Assembly (NCBI RefSeq): GCF_037042905.1
Contig: NC_087254.1
Coordinates: 10,044,001 to 10,108,000, forward strand
Source: Lytechinus pictus
Taxonomy: Eukaryota
DNA length: 64,000 nucleotides
Reading direction: 5' to 3'
The notes beneath the pieces are model-generated. The model was not told the origin of the DNA, made no database searches, and saw nothing but the letters and a program-made list of their open reading frames with translations. Every line of letters starts with the position of its first letter. Position 1 is the first letter of the stretch. This document shows, one piece after another, positions 37,454 through 49,625 of this stretch. The translations under genes and the position numbers were made by a program.

Positions 37454-38920
37454 CACATTCAGCAATCATCAAACCTTTTTTGAAGAAATCAGGGTTGGAT
37501 GTAAATGACATCAGTAATTATAGACCGGTCTCAAACTTAACATTTCTAGGTAAACTCATCGACAAGGCGGCATGTACTCAACTAGCTGATCATATTGAAT
37601 CTAATAATATTTTTGATCCTGTCCAATCTGCCTATAGGCCAGGTCACAGCACCGAGTCAGCTCTGATCAAAGTAAAAAATGACATCATGTTTTCTCTCGA
37701 CTCAAATAATGTAGTTTTTATGGTGCTGTTAGATTTATCTGCCGCGTTTGAAACAATAGATCATAACATTTTCATATCTCGGTTATTCAATAGAATAGGC
37801 ATTAGGTCCACAGTCTTATCCTGGTTCCAATCATACCTGTCTGGATGGCCTTCGCAAGTTGATATTGATGGCACATTGTCAAATCCCATAACTCTAGAAT
37901 TTGGACTCCCTCAGGGGTCAATAGTCGGACCCATAGGCTACTCAATATATACTCTTCCAGTTGGTGATATCATCCGAAATCACTGTATCAATTATCATTT
38001 TTATGCTGACGACATACAATTATATGTTTCTTTTGATCCGAAGACTCCTGGAGCTCTCAATAATGCACTGGTTAAACTCCAGAATTGTATATCAGATATA
38101 AGACAGTGGATGATAGTGAATAAGCTAAAACTAAATGACAAAAAAAATGAATTTTTTGTAGCGGCCTCTACTTATAACTTGCGCAATCTTCCAAATGTTC
38201 AACTTGATGTTGATGGTACACTCATTAGACCATCAGAAAAAATACGAAACCTCGGTGTCATATTTGATTCCCGCATGTCAATGTCGTACCATATCTCTCA
38301 TATATGTAGCACAGTCACTTTTTATTTAAGGAACATTTCTAGAATCAGAAGGTTCATTGACCAGTCTGCCTGTCACAATGCTGTTCGTTCATTTATTGCA
38401 ATGGGCTCCTTTCTACAATTCCCTCTAATCAATTAATCCGTATTCAACGACTACAAACTTGGGCAGCACGATTAATTTTACAGGTTTCCCGATATCATCC
38501 TTCCCAACCACTCTTTAATTCTCTTCACTGGCTTCCTTTTGAACAGAGAATTACGTTCATATTACTCTTGATTGCCTACAAAACACTGAATAAACAGGCT
38601 CCACAGTATTTAAGTAACTGCTTGAATCTGTAAACACCAACTAGAGCACTTAGGTCGGCCAGTGATCACCTTCGCCTCACATATTCATTAACTCGTACAT
38701 TAGCTGGTGACAGAACTTTAACGGTGTCGGCTTCAAAATCCTGGAACGACCTGCCACTAATAATTAGACAGTCTCCAACATTCGCAATTTTCAAAAAGTA
38801 ATTAAAAACTCATCTCTTTCGTACTTTGTAGTTTTTAAAATATTACATTTAATTAATTCATTGTAAGCGCTTTGGGCCTAATGGGAAAGTGCAGTACAAA
38901 CAATAAGTAATAATAATAAT
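37454..38920 (+). mobile_element. 5'-truncated L2-clade LINE inserted in the host Gypsy integrase
   Basis: RT motifs NYRPVSNL, LDLSAAF, GLPQGS, FYADD, NLGVIFD. 3' (TAA)n tail. AAG on both sides. Host ALLREK|VWFPSID rejoins across it. Confidence 0.93.
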
Positions 38921-41123
38921 AAGGTGTGGTTTCCTTCTATTGATCGTATGACTGACCACACGATTCGCGATTGTTTATCTTGTCAGATGAACACTGTTGA
39001 CCATGCAAAAGAACCACTTCGAATGACTGAGCTTCCACAACAGCCATGGACCGAAGTTAGCGTAGACTTTGCCGATCATCCGAATGGTGATCACATGTTG
39101 GTAGTCATCGACGATTACTCACGTTTCGTAGAAGTAGAAATAGTTTCATCTACAGCAGCGAGTCAGGTCATCCCCAAGCTTGACCGAATCTTCTCAAGCT
39201 TTGGCGTTCTTTCTGTAGTCCGTACTGACAATGGCCCACCATGCATTCAACGGCGCAGAATTCAATCAGTTTGCTAACTACTTAGGATTCAACCACAGGA
39301 GAGTTACTCCGCGTTGGCCTCAAGCTAATGGTGAGGTCGAAATATTCATGCGAACTCTTAAGAAAGTCTACCGCTGTGCAATCGCAGAGCACAAGTGTTG
39401 GAAGCAGGAAGTATACAGGTTCTTGCGTAACTATCGCGCAACACCACACTCTACTACTGGTGGTCCTCCTGCGACTCTTCTCTTTGGAAGGCCATTGCGT
39501 GCACATCTTCCAGACGTAGTATCTCCGCAGATCCAACATGATCTACATTCTTCAGTTCGCAATCGCGATGAAGCCAAGAAACAACACATGAAAGCATACG
39601 ATGATGGTCGCGGAAAAACTCAGACATCGAGAATCGCAGTTGGTGATATGGTGCTTGTTCGCAGAGATGGAATGGTTCCAAAGCACCAGTCGCCATACCT
39701 CGCGCAACCATACAAAGTTGTGAGAAAGCGTGGATCTCGCATTACCGTCCGTTGTGCCAATCATTACATCACACGCAATTGTTCGCGATTCAAGTTGTAT
39801 GGTGGTCCAGCTCCACCATTTAGTCATGATGATGATGATGACATTGAACCTTGTAACATTCAAGATGCACAAAATGATCCAATGCCAGCGGGAAATCCGC
39901 AACCTGCTGTACCACGTCGCAATCCGCCTCGTGAGCGACGTCCCCCATTACGTTTTCGTGATTTTGTGCCTAACTAACTCGTAACTAATTGGTCACTTGA
40001 TTATGAATGCCATTATTTTACTAGATAATATGAAAGGTGGTTATTACACAGAAGTGTAGTTTGATGCATATTTTACTTACTTAAGGTTTCCTTAAATTTA
40101 CAACTGTTATAATTTTTAAATTGGTCAATGTTTAAAGGCACTTAAAGCTTACTTTGATTTTTCATGCAACATTTTCGTGTATATTTACAGTTTTATGCAT
40201 TATTTTGGATATCAGTAAATCAATTAGAAAACTCTTTGTATTAAACAACCATGAAAATAAATACACACACAAAAAAAATGAAATACCCCAAAGTATCTGT
40301 TATTTTGGAACACTGCTAAAGCAAGTATTTGTTTGATTTTAAGAAAAATCATAATAATTGTACTTTTCAGATTCTCATGTTGCAAACTCAATGTCATGCC
40401 TAATTGTGCATGAGCAGGAATGGTTGGAATTATTTGTGTTATTATTATGTGTCACACAGTTGGATTTATATGGACATACACTATGTTTTACATGGTCTAA
40501 TATTTGTATTTGTTTTCCACACGTTTTGAGCAGACCTTTGAGCAAACAAAGGTACACAGGTTTGATACTTATTGTTGTTTTAGATGTAACAAAGGAAAGT
40601 TTTTGAGGTATTACTTTGTTTTCACACTATCCAAAAAAAAGGAGGAAAAGGAAAAGAACAGGAAATGCAAGAAGTTTATTTTTTAGCTTAGTTTTAATTG
40701 TTATATTAATCACATCTTTTGGTATGCAAACTAAAATTACAAAAAAGCAAATTATGTTACAGTATATTATGTGTTTGAAATTTTGAAAGATACAATAGTA
40801 CTTTCTATGCAGCCACTTGCATCTAGTTTAATCTGTTTTATATTTTGCTTGTAAAATTTATTTCGAAGAAAACACAGCTCCCTGCATGCAGAGCAGAACA
40901 AAATAATTATAAATAAATGAATAATCCACACAAGAACAAAATTAATGTGTTGAATAATAAGCTTTATTCTTTATAGCTATTTGGTTATAAACAAAGAGAA
41001 TGATGTTAAATCAAAAGTACTTTGATAATTGCATTAATTTGATTTTTTTTTACAAGTTTAGAAGTTTTGAAGGTTACTCAGTTCATTTGACAGGTTTTAC
41101 ATTCTATCCAAGGTGAAGAGGAA

Positions 41124-41264
41124 TGTAGTATCGAACTATCGATACAGAGTGTGTTGATCGATAATCAGCAGAGAGATCGAGAGGTGATTAAAGAAATGGA
41201 ACAATCAAAGTCAGATCAGCTGTCCATGTAATTTTGTTGATCGTGAACTTAATCAGTTATTATA
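41124..41264 (+). repeat. 3' LTR (141 bp)
   Basis: Preceded by the PPT; direct repeat of 30407-30547. Confidence 0.95.
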
Positions 41265-41406
41265 GTAACATTATCGTGATCTAGCGGTATGATTCTCCTT
41301 AAATTTATGGGGGTGGCATGGGCGATGAGGTGATGGTGCCGGGCCAGAGTGTCCGAGGTTCGACCCCCACCCATGCCCTTCCCCCTTATCTTGCCATTCT
41401 GAGTAA

Positions 41407-41815
41407 AGGCGACCGCACACCTTACGATTGGTCTGCGACCCGATTTCAGAATAATATGTGATATAATTTGATGCTAATATTGAGACTTGGATTATCTTAC
41501 TGTGTAATGTTCTAAATCATCGTATGAATGTTCAAATCTGTGACTATGCTCTCATCCTTATTAGAATAAAAGCGAATTTAATATCTAGTCGTAATGACGT
41601 CATAGCAGTCGTACGATTGGCTACGATTTGAAAATAATTTGGCCTTTACTCCAAAATAAAGGCTTGCAATCTTTCAAAATGGTTATATTAGTATTCTTTC
41701 AATTAATTTTAACCTCAAATAAAATGATATGTTCTATTCAAATTTTCAGAAAATGAGCAAAATGCGATATGTTCCGAAATCGGATCGCGAACAGTCGTAA
41801 GGTGTGCGATGACCT
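41407..41815. mobile_element. Harbinger-type MITE
   Basis: taa|AGGCGACCGCACACCTTACGA ... TCGTAAGGTGTGCGATGACCT|taa. Confidence 0.8.
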
Positions 41816-41956
41816 TAAGGCAATTAAAAACGAATGTTGCATAGGATAGCATAAACAACAGCTCAGTAGCATAAATAAAATAATATACTACACCAAGTAA
41901 AAAGGTAAATACTATAAACACAGCACAATATCAGCAAGACAATCGTGGAAAGACCG

Positions 41957-42155
41957 GACATGGTGGCCCAGTGGTAGAGCGTAGGCCTCATGAACGGANN
42001 NNNNNNNNNNNNNNNNNNNNNNNNNNNNNNNNNNNNNNNNNNNNNNNNNNNNNNNNNNNNNNNNNNNNNNNNNNNNNNNNNNNNNNNNNNNNNNNNNNNN
42101 NNNNNNNNNNNNNNNNNNNNNNNNNNNNNTTATCTATCATCATTATTATTATTAT
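41957..42155 (+). mobile_element. tRNA-derived SINE interrupted by an assembly gap (N at 41999-42128)
   Basis: A box TGGCCCAGTGG followed by AGAGCG before the gap; (TAT)n tail after it. Confidence 0.55.
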
Positions 42156-42804
42156 CAAAAAGTAAAAAAAACATTTGAAATTGAAAAGGTGGACAGTAAA
42201 CCTGTCAAATACGATCAGAGAACCTTTAAGGTGATAAGTATAATTGCAGCACAATATACACTAATGGATTGTCATGACAAAAAATATATCCGATTCGATT
42301 GAAAATGACAGGGACGAAAACTGATAAAGTATATAACATATTGAATGTAAATTATAGAAAAAGTAAAACACTTAGGCTTGCAACAAAGTTTATTGAATCA
42401 TGATTATTAAGAATAGAATAAGTTAGAATAAGACGAAAACAAAACAATAACATCGGAAAACAAAACAAGAAGAGGAAAGAAACCATTAAAAACGTGCTTT
42501 TAAACACGTATCAAAGCGTTGACGTAACGTGAGTCATTTACTTCAAAGCGAGGGAATTGAAAAGCTTGTAAATGAAACTAATTCTCCTTTTAAACTCTCA
42601 TTTTGGTTTTGATGAGATTAAGAATTATAAAGTTAGTTATTTCCTAACTGGACTGCAGTGCTGATTGCACTGGTTCCCAACCACTAGATATTGATGCACA
42701 AATTATAGTTGTTATTTTTTCTATATGTAAGCATTACTTTGAATGGCGTTAAAGGGACATGAATATTTTTTCCACCTCACGACGATGATAGACAATATCA
42801 TATG

Positions 42805-42900
42805 TATAATGCAAATCTTTCTTTTGGAAAGGCGCATGCGCAAACTTTAACCAATAACAATCCAGCCTTGGTTGTTGGTAATTGATGTGGAAAGAATAGT
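42805..42900 (+). promoter_or_regulatory. Putative promoter of Ig receptor copy 2
   Basis: Perfect palindrome GCGCATGCGC at 42832-42841 and CCAAT at 42851; homologous to 11790-11880. Confidence 0.55.
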
Positions 42901-43307
42901 CTAAGCGGGATTGATCTAGAGTTACTTTATTGAAGATTTTCTGAAAACACTTTAAATAGGTAGGGGAATTTGTGCCAAACAAAGACAATCAAATTTATGC
43001 AGGTCAGTTGAAATGCATTTTTTTAACATGAACTTATTATTCTTCTTTAAGTAATCATATTATATTATAGAAGAATGATACGTTTAATTTTAAGTAATAT
43101 CGTAAACGATTCCCCCATACACGCATGTTTTAATGATACATCTGTGACATGTCTCCTGATGCAGACTACGACCAATATGTACTTCCTTGTTTCAATGGGA
43201 TATTGTTTTACCGACATAATCAACACAAGTCTTACACTATTATAAAGGATGCAACTTATTCAAAGCAGGCGCAGATTTCAGACATACAGGTGTTCTCACA
43301 ATCTCAA

Positions 43308-45509
43308 ATGATGGATGCTAAAAGAAAGTTATGTTTGTTTATTTTCATCACATCATATATCGGATATGCCAAATCCAGCCTTTATATGGCCTATAGCGGG
43401 AACACTGCTGAGGTTAGCCTTGGCACCCGTGCAGTGTTTGAATGTTCCTCGTCATCGCAAATCTCTCAAGACAAATTGCGATCCGGTCGGATTGAATGGG
43501 GCAGAAACACGAGATACTCGGTGTCTGCTCAAGTCATAGCACGGTGGACAAATGAGAATGGAATTGAGATCTTAGTCGATAACCCCGATGACCGATACAA
43601 TATTGAAGGTGGAATCTTATCCAACGGACGTTTCAGACAATATCTGACTATTCAAAAAGTTCAACGGATTGACCAGACTGATAATACTGGGTATTACTGT
43701 GCTTTATTCAATTCTTCAGCGAGTATGTTGGTTAAATCTGGATATGCTCCATTGACTGTCAAATATCCCCCTGCAGAACATTATCCTCTTTGCACAGCGA
43801 CACCAAATGACATCACCAGAGAAGTAACACTTGTGTGTACATCAGAGAAAACTACTCCAGATGTAACTGTACAATGGTATAAGGACGGACAGAAGGTGTC
43901 AGATGCACATCCGACTGGTTACAAAATGAAATCGACCTATGAGGCCCTTGAAGATGAATTTCGAAGCGAATTCGAATGCCGACTACATTACGTGGACGGA
44001 ATTGATGTTGAGGTTCGTCGATCCTGTACATTTAGTAAACCGCGAGTGGCTATTTTAAGAATTGGAGGAGAATCTCCAAATGAAGAAAGTACATATCATG
44101 CATTTGCTGTATCTAATCCCCCTCTCACATCCGACATCAACTGCACGCTGGAAGAATCTTCAGACACTTCCCAACGTTTCGATAAAGAGTTTCCTGGATA
44201 TGGGGTGGCAGCCGTAGGACCTGTAGCTCCAACTGATAATGGTAGCACACTGGTGTGTCAGGCCAAAAATGTCTTCGGAACTGAGGATGCCAGGATGACA
44301 GTATACAGTCCAAGCGATAACCAGGATGGAGAAACTACTATCTCATCCGTTGTGACCAGTTATATGCCAGGCGGTCAAGTTCTCCAGGCCACAATTTGGC
44401 CCACAGAACAAGAGATAATTCCTGGAGAGAATGCGACGTTTGTGTGTAGCTACAGCCTTACCATCCACTCGCACGTTCCGGCAAAAGTAGAGATCAAATG
44501 GGAACATGATGATACTGTTACCACCGAGACAGAAGATAATATCCTTTTCATTACTAATGCAGATTATGAAGATTTCACAGAGACATCGGTAACCTGCATT
44601 GCTTCTGTAATTACCGATGACCCAATGATCAATACGGTTCCTGAACGCAGTTCTGCAACAGTTCGAATCGGCAAAGCGAGTCCTTGCGACCCAAAACTAT
44701 TATCCTCAAGTTCGACGCAAGGACAGTCCCACACCAATATGAAACCCTATTATATCGCCGGCATATTCGTTTTGGCCGGATTGGTTCTCATATTGATTAT
44801 CGCTCTAATGTTTGTAATGGTGAGAAAACAGAAACATCAGAAGAAATCTCGCTCTGACTGGGAACAATCTTCCAGATCTCAAGTTACCTACCGTGCTGAT
44901 TCTGTCTCTTCAGGAGAAAGACCTGACAACAGAATCGTCCGTCAATCATCCATCCAGCGAGCATTACCGGCCGAACCAAATCAACCCGCACCAACCACGA
45001 CACTCCGATCCGTTGTGACCTCACCTTCTCCAGCCACTTTGATAATCAATGATTCTGGCAGACACAGGCTGGAATCCATCTCCAGTTGCACCACGTGTAA
45101 TACAACCACTACGGATCTTCCATACCAGGAGATGGTGGGCGATACTGGTATCAACAAAAGCCGCCACGGAAGTGTCTCGAGCAACGTCAATTTCAAACGC
45201 CACGTCCCTCTTATCCGAAGCCACTCTGTATCGGCAACAATGATACCTGTTCCGAATGGAGGCTTCTTGCCTTCAACTGCAAATGACCATCCTGGTTTCC
45301 AACGTACGGTGAGCGAAGGTGCTGGTGAAGACTGCTACGAAGATCCTGATGCTATTCGAGAGCGTCGTCGGGCGAACCGAGCTCCTAGCAACGATTACCA
45401 GTCGACAGACAATGGCTCATCTATAATGTCAATGACAATGCAGAATAAGCAGCTAGCATCCCAGTATGCCAACTCATCGCTTACGGATGATTCTGTTTTC
45501 CTTGTCTGA
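43308..45509 (+). CDS. Intronless type I membrane IgSF receptor, copy 2, 733 aa
   Basis: Colinear paralog of 12282-14489 with two 1-codon indels. Start set at MMDAK (43308) because it aligns with copy 1 and precedes the signal peptide. Confidence 0.93.
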   Translation: MMDAKRKLCLFIFITSYIGYAKSSLYMAYSGNTAEVSLGTRAVFECSSSSQISQDKLRSGRIEWGRNTRYSVSAQVIARWTNENGIEILVDNPDDRYNIEGGILSNGRFRQYLTIQKVQRIDQTDNTGYYCALFNSSASMLVKSGYAPLTVKYPPAEHYPLCTATPNDITREVTLVCTSEKTTPDVTVQWYKDGQKVSDAHPTGYKMKSTYEALEDEFRSEFECRLHYVDGIDVEVRRSCTFSKPRVAILRIGGESPNEESTYHAFAVSNPPLTSDINCTLEESSDTSQRFDKEFPGYGVAAVGPVAPTDNGSTLVCQAKNVFGTEDARMTVYSPSDNQDGETTISSVVTSYMPGGQVLQATIWPTEQEIIPGENATFVCSYSLTIHSHVPAKVEIKWEHDDTVTTETEDNILFITNADYEDFTETSVTCIASVITDDPMINTVPERSSATVRIGKASPCDPKLLSSSSTQGQSHTNMKPYYIAGIFVLAGLVLILIIALMFVMVRKQKHQKKSRSDWEQSSRSQVTYRADSVSSGERPDNRIVRQSSIQRALPAEPNQPAPTTTLRSVVTSPSPATLIINDSGRHRLESISSCTTCNTTTTDLPYQEMVGDTGINKSRHGSVSSNVNFKRHVPLIRSHSVSATMIPVPNGGFLPSTANDHPGFQRTVSEGAGEDCYEDPDAIRERRRANRAPSNDYQSTDNGSSIMSMTMQNKQLASQYANSSLTDDSVFLV

Positions 45510-46175
45510 AATGGTGACGACCTCAGCATTCATCTTCTTGCATCTTTTCAAAACACCACTATTGTGGATTTCTTACATTCCAATGGGTATGTTAATTATC
45601 AATACCAACGAAGCATATCCATGTACATTGTAAGAAGTTTTGTTGTCTGAAAAGATTATTATGCTGACATCGTTGTCGATAGATTATGGCAAAATATGTG
45701 TAATAGCACCAAATTATCATTATCGAAGCTTGATAGTAATCATACCAAAGCATTAATGAAGATGACGAAGATGGTGGTGAAGACGAAGATGATTGTGGTT
45801 TTGGTAAGGATGACGATAGCCTGAGCGACGAAGAAGAAGTTGATCAGGCTGGTGGTTTATCATTATGATGACTATGACGACGAGATTTACCATAGGATTA
45901 GGAGACTGTTGATGGCGATGATGATGACGACGACGATGTTGCATGTGGGGATTGCCTGATAACGACAAGAAGGGAGGATTAAACAAGTTAAACAAAAATG
46001 CAAAGAAATTGTCGGGGATAGAATAGAAAAGCCTGCGCGAGTCACCTCAATGTGCCTCAACATGTATGAGAATTAAGATTGTTCTCGAATTTCTGTGCTT
46101 ATGAATATTTAGGCCCTGTTTGAAAATGATGAACATTTTATCAAGGCGAGTTGTAAACTTAATATACTGACAAGT

Positions 46176-46490
46176 GGAACGTTGTGGCCTAGTGGATTAG
46201 TCTCCGGACTTTGAAACACAGGGTCGTGGGTTCAAATCCCAGCAATGGCGTAATTTCCTCCAGCAAGGAATTCGTCAACTGTGTGCTGCACTCGACCCAG
46301 GTGATGTGAATGGGTACCGGCAGGAAGTAATTCCTCAAAAAACCGTATGTGCCTTAATCGGTTGCCTATATAGCTTAGTCGGGGTAATAATAATCATGTA
46401 ATAGCAGGGCCTTTTTTAAGGGCCATTAGCACCGAAAGGTGGACCTGTGCGCTATATAAGTAGTCACCATTACTATTATCATTATTATTA
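46176..46490 (+). mobile_element. tRNA-derived SINE in the 3' flank of copy 2
   Basis: A box TGGCCTAGTGG, B box GGTTCAAATCC, CGACCCAGGTG core, GCGCTATATAA and (TAT)n tail. Absent from the copy 1 flank. Confidence 0.85.
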
Positions 46491-48902
46491 ATTGTTATTT
46501 TCTTCGATCACAATTAAATTCTTCTGTCAAACTGTATACTTAATTGATATTTAACTTGTTAATTTAAGTAGTAACGAATGAACAGTTAAAAACAATGAAT
46601 CAAAATGAATTATTTTATGTTATTCCATTGTAAATAACAAAGATCGCAGAGCAAATAGTGGGAGCTCTCACGTCCATTTTAATCACTTATTTCCGCACTT
46701 AAATATAATATAATCGGCCTATTTTAATCTATCGTACGATTTACGTCATATTTTTAAATGATTCTCTGATATATTTCTGTAGAGTGTCGATTTTTTTCTT
46801 TTATTTATTGAATTGAAAATGCAAAATGTAGTGGGTTATCGATTACTAAACGAATATTATTTTGAAGGGAACATTCTATCATCCGGATGTACATATTTTA
46901 TGTTGACATGTTGACTTAAGTTTGTTGATATATTTTAAAATGTGATTATTAAGGTTCGTGGTATAATGTTCAATTATTCAGATGTTAATGTTCTGGTGTT
47001 ACGACTTCTCACAGTCATGGTTATTAAATGTGAACATGTAGCTAAAAAGAATATTCAGATATGAATATGCAACGGACGCAATATTAACATAATTTTGTGT
47101 ATCTATACACAATGTTCAAAGTTTGATGGATAAGATGCATGCTGATTGGAGTATTAGAAAATATTTAGAATGATGTGTTTATTTTTTTTTATTATTCTGA
47201 TATCCTCATATCATGAATCGAGCACTTTATTATTCAGTATGACCACCAGCTTTATGGAGTTATTTTCACCCTTATTCAACAGTAAAATGTAAAGGTGTAT
47301 GTTTAAATCCTTTGTAACCAAAATGATGTTTAAAAAGAAGAGAATATGCACTTAAATATAAAAAATATGGTATGAGATCCCTGCATATAGAATGTTTGAT
47401 TGATAGTTTATATCAAATATATAGTTACACTGCATTTTGTTGAACGGGAATTTTCAAGACTTGTTATTAACCACAGTAGTGTAACAGATACAAGTTTTAT
47501 GTTTTTAGTATACGCTTACGTCTGTCCGATTGATAATAATGAAAGCACTGCAAGGTGAAACGTTTCCTGATATACAAAGTAATATACAAAAACATTTTAA
47601 AGAAAGCTTTATTTGGACTGGAATATGAATTGATGTGATTCCATTTTGTATAAATTTAGCGGAGATTCAAATCTCAACTGAGAGATTGTCAAACCTCCAA
47701 ACATAGCTGTAGAAACAATGTGGGGCCCCTGGGAGAAAAGCTTAGCTATTATTGTACATAATTTAATTATAAAAGGCCTATGATAACGTCTTACGATCGA
47801 CTGATAAAAATTCTCAATTCAATCAATGGAGAGAGAAAAAAAATCAGTCCTACGGCTTTGTTGCAACAGGGTATAGATTGCACAAATAATTAAGGTTTAT
47901 AAATTTCGTAATATGAGTCACTTTTCATCACGTTGTGTTGGTAACATCAGGGTTCCGTTTTGAAAACAATAACAAATGCATAATTTCAATAACAAATTGG
48001 CTATCAGCCAATTAGATTAAAGGATTTCAGTGGCTTTTAACTGTTACTGTATATTATTTTGTTATTATAACAAGTTTTATGAAACGGACCCCAGGTCCAA
48101 AACATTAAGTAAACACACAAATAGGAGAACTGATACTCTCGCCACTACAATATTTTTGCGTCATCCGTACATCTTTTAATTTACATATATTCTGTATATA
48201 GGCCTATACACAGTGGCGTACAGATGGGGGTGGCTTGGGGGCTCTTGCCCCCCACAAATTTTCACGACAAGAAAAAAAAAGAGAAAATGGAATAAAAAGA
48301 AAGAGAGAAGGGTGAAATATTACATTATTTTTTTAATATTAGGTAAAAACTATTACAAAACAGGATTTTAGTTGTAATAAAAATGTCGTAATTTCGCTCG
48401 CTCGCTTTGCCCCCTCGCAACTTTTTAAAATAATTTTTTACTAGATACGCAGTATGCTGCCCCTAAATTTTTTTGGCTCATTACGTCACTGGCTATACGT
48501 ACATATTCTATTTCAACGATAGATATGCATCGATTATAAATGACAAATATGACCGATTTGAGATGTGTTTTGAACGTTTGAAAATGGACGCAATCATGTT
48601 AAACTCTTATCCTAATTGAGGTTTGATTGATGAATTGAAGAATATTTCATAATCATTGTCGTATTACAAAACGATGAAGTATATCGCAAGTGAGAGCCAC
48701 ACAGTAAAGTCATAATTAGACTTTTGAATGCAAGTGAGACTGAGGAAGGGGAAGGGATATTGAAATGGCCTTAAAACGTGCCAAACAGGAGATATTAAGA
48801 GGGAATGTTATGCTACAATCAAATCAACAATATGTCTGCTCAATGTCTGATATAACATCGTCTTTTGTTGCACAAAATATTGTATTTTATATGCATTTTA
48901 CC

Positions 48903-48908
48903 ATTAAA
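48903..48908 (+). terminator. Candidate polyadenylation signal of copy 2
   Basis: ATTAAA in the block homologous to 20330-20420, followed by a TG-rich tract. Confidence 0.4.
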
Positions 48909-49625
48909 CAATGTGTAAACTATTAATTACTGTGTGTGTCTGTGATATTGCTGTGTTTTTTTCACTGACAAGGAAATCAAGGTCTGAACATGCTGGAAGT
49001 AAAAACGAAAATCTGAAAAAATACAGGTTGGTGCTGATAGATCGGATAAATAAGAAAAGATTTGAGCGTTGACAAAGTTAAATGACTATTAATTAAATAG
49101 GAACATCAAATCGATTGATCATTGTTACTCGAATTCTGACACTCTTTATACCAAAATATATCATGACACAGATTTAAATTAATTTGAATGTAATAAAAAG
49201 TTCAAAATTCTTGCCCCTTACGTCATGTCTGACCCCTAATTTTTTTTTGAGGGGGGGGGTGGTCATTTCGCTTTGGATAGTGGGATTTATCTATTATTGA
49301 GGGAGATCGGAGAGGGTGCTTATCTAGGTCTGTGTATTTAGGGCAGAGCTGGTCGGGGGGGGGGGGGCTGACAACACATGAAAGTCCGAGGTTGGACCCC
49401 CAACCATGGCACCCGCCAATTTTGAGCAAGGCATAATGTTTCTTTTTCCAACGTATAAATAAATAGAAACGTTTAATGCGAGCGCTTGTTTTACATTGAA
49501 TATACTTTTTTTATTGGTGTGTGTGGGTTATGAGAGTGTGTGTGTTCACGCGGACGAAGAGGGGGAGAGCGAGAGAAGGGCTTGTAAGTGTGTCTGCGCG
49601 CCCGCTGAGCTGAGAGGAGTGTGTG

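Larger units (their letters stand above)
30407..41264 (+). mobile_element. Gypsy LTR retrotransposon (Mag-like), decayed gag-pol, 141-bp LTRs, two nested inserts
   Basis: LTRs at 30407-30547 and 41124-41264 (3 mismatches). TSD GTGAC/GTAAC. PBS TGGCGACGAGG at 30549. PPT AAGGTGAAGAGGAA at 41110-41123. Gag CCHC, RT (LDLNSDYHQ, ISDD), RNase H (YSQTEREAL, TDHKPL), integrase (IDDYSRF, RTDNGP, PQANGEVE). Confidence 0.95.
21103..41270 (-). mobile_element. Probable solo LTR (~870 bp once inserts are removed: 21103-21653, 30096-30406, 41270) split by nested insertions
   Basis: Inverted termini TGTTACGAAATTT and reconstructed AAATTCGTAACA. Minus-strand TATAAAAG (~21473-21480) and AATAAA (21362-21367). 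Flanks ttct/ttat are a 4-bp TSD with one mismatch. Confidence 0.55.

Noticed and set aside
43149-43307. 53-aa N-terminal extension of copy 2 in the ORF track
   Set aside because: Not open in copy 1 (TGA directly before its ATG) and it would bury the signal peptide
12282-45509. The two receptor copies as uncollapsed alleles, given the gap at 41999-42128
   Set aside because: About 15% aa divergence and strongly diverged flanks with many private TE insertions favour true paralogs; long reads across the gap would settle adjacency
45753-45995. His/Arg-rich minus-strand ORF
   Set aside because: Degenerate (GAT/GAC)n microsatellite in the 3' flank; frame not kept in the paralogous 14715-14900
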